NCBI RefSeq assembly: GCF_004010195.1
Contig: NC_057755.1
Span: 2,259,783-2,307,005 of the forward strand
From: Chiloscyllium plagiosum
Lineage: Eukaryota
Length of the DNA stretch: 47,223 nt
Reading direction: 5' to 3'
The notes under the pieces are model-generated. The model made no database searches, was not told where the DNA came from, and worked only from the letters and a program-made list of their open reading frames with translations. Numbering within the stretch: the stretch's first letter is position 1; every line of letters begins with the position of its first letter. Positions 45,593 through 47,223 of the stretch are shown in pieces. Position numbers and translations under genes: made by a program.

Positions 45593-47223
45593 TCCTCTTG
45601 GGAAATAAGGCAGGGAAGGTGACTGAGTGTCAGTGGGAGAACACGTTTGGACCAGCGACCATAATTCTATTAGATTTAAAATAATGATGGAAAAGGATAG
45701 ACCACATCTAAAAGTTGAAGTTCTAAATTGGAGAAAGTCCACTTTTGACAGTATTAGGCAAGAACTTTTGAAAGCTGATTGGAGGCAGATGTTCACAGGT
45801 AAAGGGTCGGCTGNNNNNNNNNNNNNNNNNNNNNNNNNNNNNNNNNNNNNNNNNNNNNNNNNNNNNNNNNNNNNNNNNNNNGGATATGGAAGATATCGAC
45901 TGTAGGGAAATAGATGGTGACATCTTGCAAAATTTCGACATTACAGAGGAGGAAGTGCTGGATGTCTTGAAACGGGTAAAGGTGGATAAATCCCCATGTC
46001 CTGATCAGGTGTACCCGAGAACTCTGTAGGAAGCTAGAGAAGTGACTGCTGGGCCTCTTGCTGAGATATTTGTATCATCGATAGTCACAGGTGAGGTGCT
46101 GGAAGACAGGAGTATGGCTAACGTGGTGCCACTGTTTAAGAAGAGTGGTAAGGACAAGCCAGGGAACTATAGACTAGTGAACCTGGTGGACAATTTGTTG
46201 GAGGGAATCCTGAGGGACAGGATGTACATGTATTTGGAAAGGCAAGGAGTAATTAGGGATAGTCAACATGGCTTTGTGAGTGGGAAATCATGTCTCACAA
46301 GCTTGATTGAGTTTTTTGAGGAAATAACAACGAGGACTGATGAGGGCAGAGCGGTTGATCTGATCTATATGGACTTCAGTAAGGCTTTCGACAAGGTTCA
46401 ACATGGGAGACTGGTTAGCAAGTTTAGATCTCACAGAATACAGTCAGAACGAGCCATTTGGATACAGAACTGGCTGAAAGGTAGAAGACAGAGGGTGGCG
46501 GTGGAGGTTTGTTTTTCAGACTGGAGGCCTGTGACCAGTGGAGTGCCAAAGGGGTCGGTTCGGTGTCCTCTACTTTTTGTCATTTACATCAATGATTTGG
46601 ATGCGAGCATAAGAGTACAGTTAGTAAGTTTGCAGATGACACCAAAATTGGAGGTGTAATGGACAGCGAAGAGGGTTACCTCAGATTACAACAGTATATT
46701 GACCAGGTGGGCCAATGGGCTGAGAAGTGGCAGATGGAGTTCTATTCAGATAAATGTGAGGTGCTGCATTTTGGGAAAGCAAATCTTAGCAGGACATATA
46801 CACTTAATGATAAGGTCCTCGGATGTGTTGCTGAACAAAGAGACATTGGAATACAGATTCATAGCTCCTTGAAAGTGGAGTCGCAGGTAGATAGGATAAT
46901 GAAGAAGACGTTTGGTATGCTTTCCTTTATTGGTCAGAGTATTGAGTGCAGGAGATGGGAGGTCATGTTGTGGCTGTACAGGACATTGGTTAGGCCACTG
47001 TTGGAATATTGCATGCAAGTCTGGTCTCCTTCCTATCGGAAAGATGTTGTGAAACTTGAAAGGGTTCAGAAAATATTTACAAGGATGTTGCCAGGGTTGG
47101 AGGATTTGAGCTATAGGGAGAGGTTGAATAGGCTGTTTTCCCTGGAGCGTCGGAGGCTGAAGGGTGACCTTATAGAGGTTTAAAAAATCATGAGGGGCAT
47201 GGATAGGATAAATAGACAAAATC
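45593..47223 (+). mobile_element. CR1 LINE ORF2, relatively young but disrupted; includes an N gap 45814-45881 and runs off the window
   Basis: SDHNSIRF, KPGNYRLV, QHGFVSGKSCLT, YMDFSKAFDKV, SGVPKGSV, KFADDTK, LVRPLLEYC. Confidence 0.95.

Overview
Repeat-rich eukaryotic genomic DNA. The repeat content (CR1 LINEs, HE1-type tRNA SINEs, Penelope-like elements) points to a cartilaginous fish, probably a shark; this is inferred from my recall of these families, not from a search. The host content is a tandem cluster of five class A GPCR copies of the GPR139/GPR142-like type. One is an intact two-exon gene (minus strand, exon 1 14904-14970, exon 2 11382-12253, 312 aa) whose DRF motif is changed to DSF. 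The other four are frameshifted or truncated. Four of the five copies sit in two ~6.1-6.3 kb tandem segmental duplications of opposite orientation. Other content: a decayed Gmr1-type Gypsy element (order PR-IN-RT-RH) with its 3' LTR, a candidate orphan NLR N-terminal exon just downstream of that LTR, a Penelope-like element with an ~800 bp inverted duplicate, many short Penelope-tail elements with minimal hammerhead-ribozyme motifs (several palindromic, one with a 14-bp TSD and an empty paralogous site), CR1/Rex1/SINE fragments, CT- and GT-rich low-complexity tracts and three assembly gaps. Most ORFs in the supplied track are transposon fragments or spurious.
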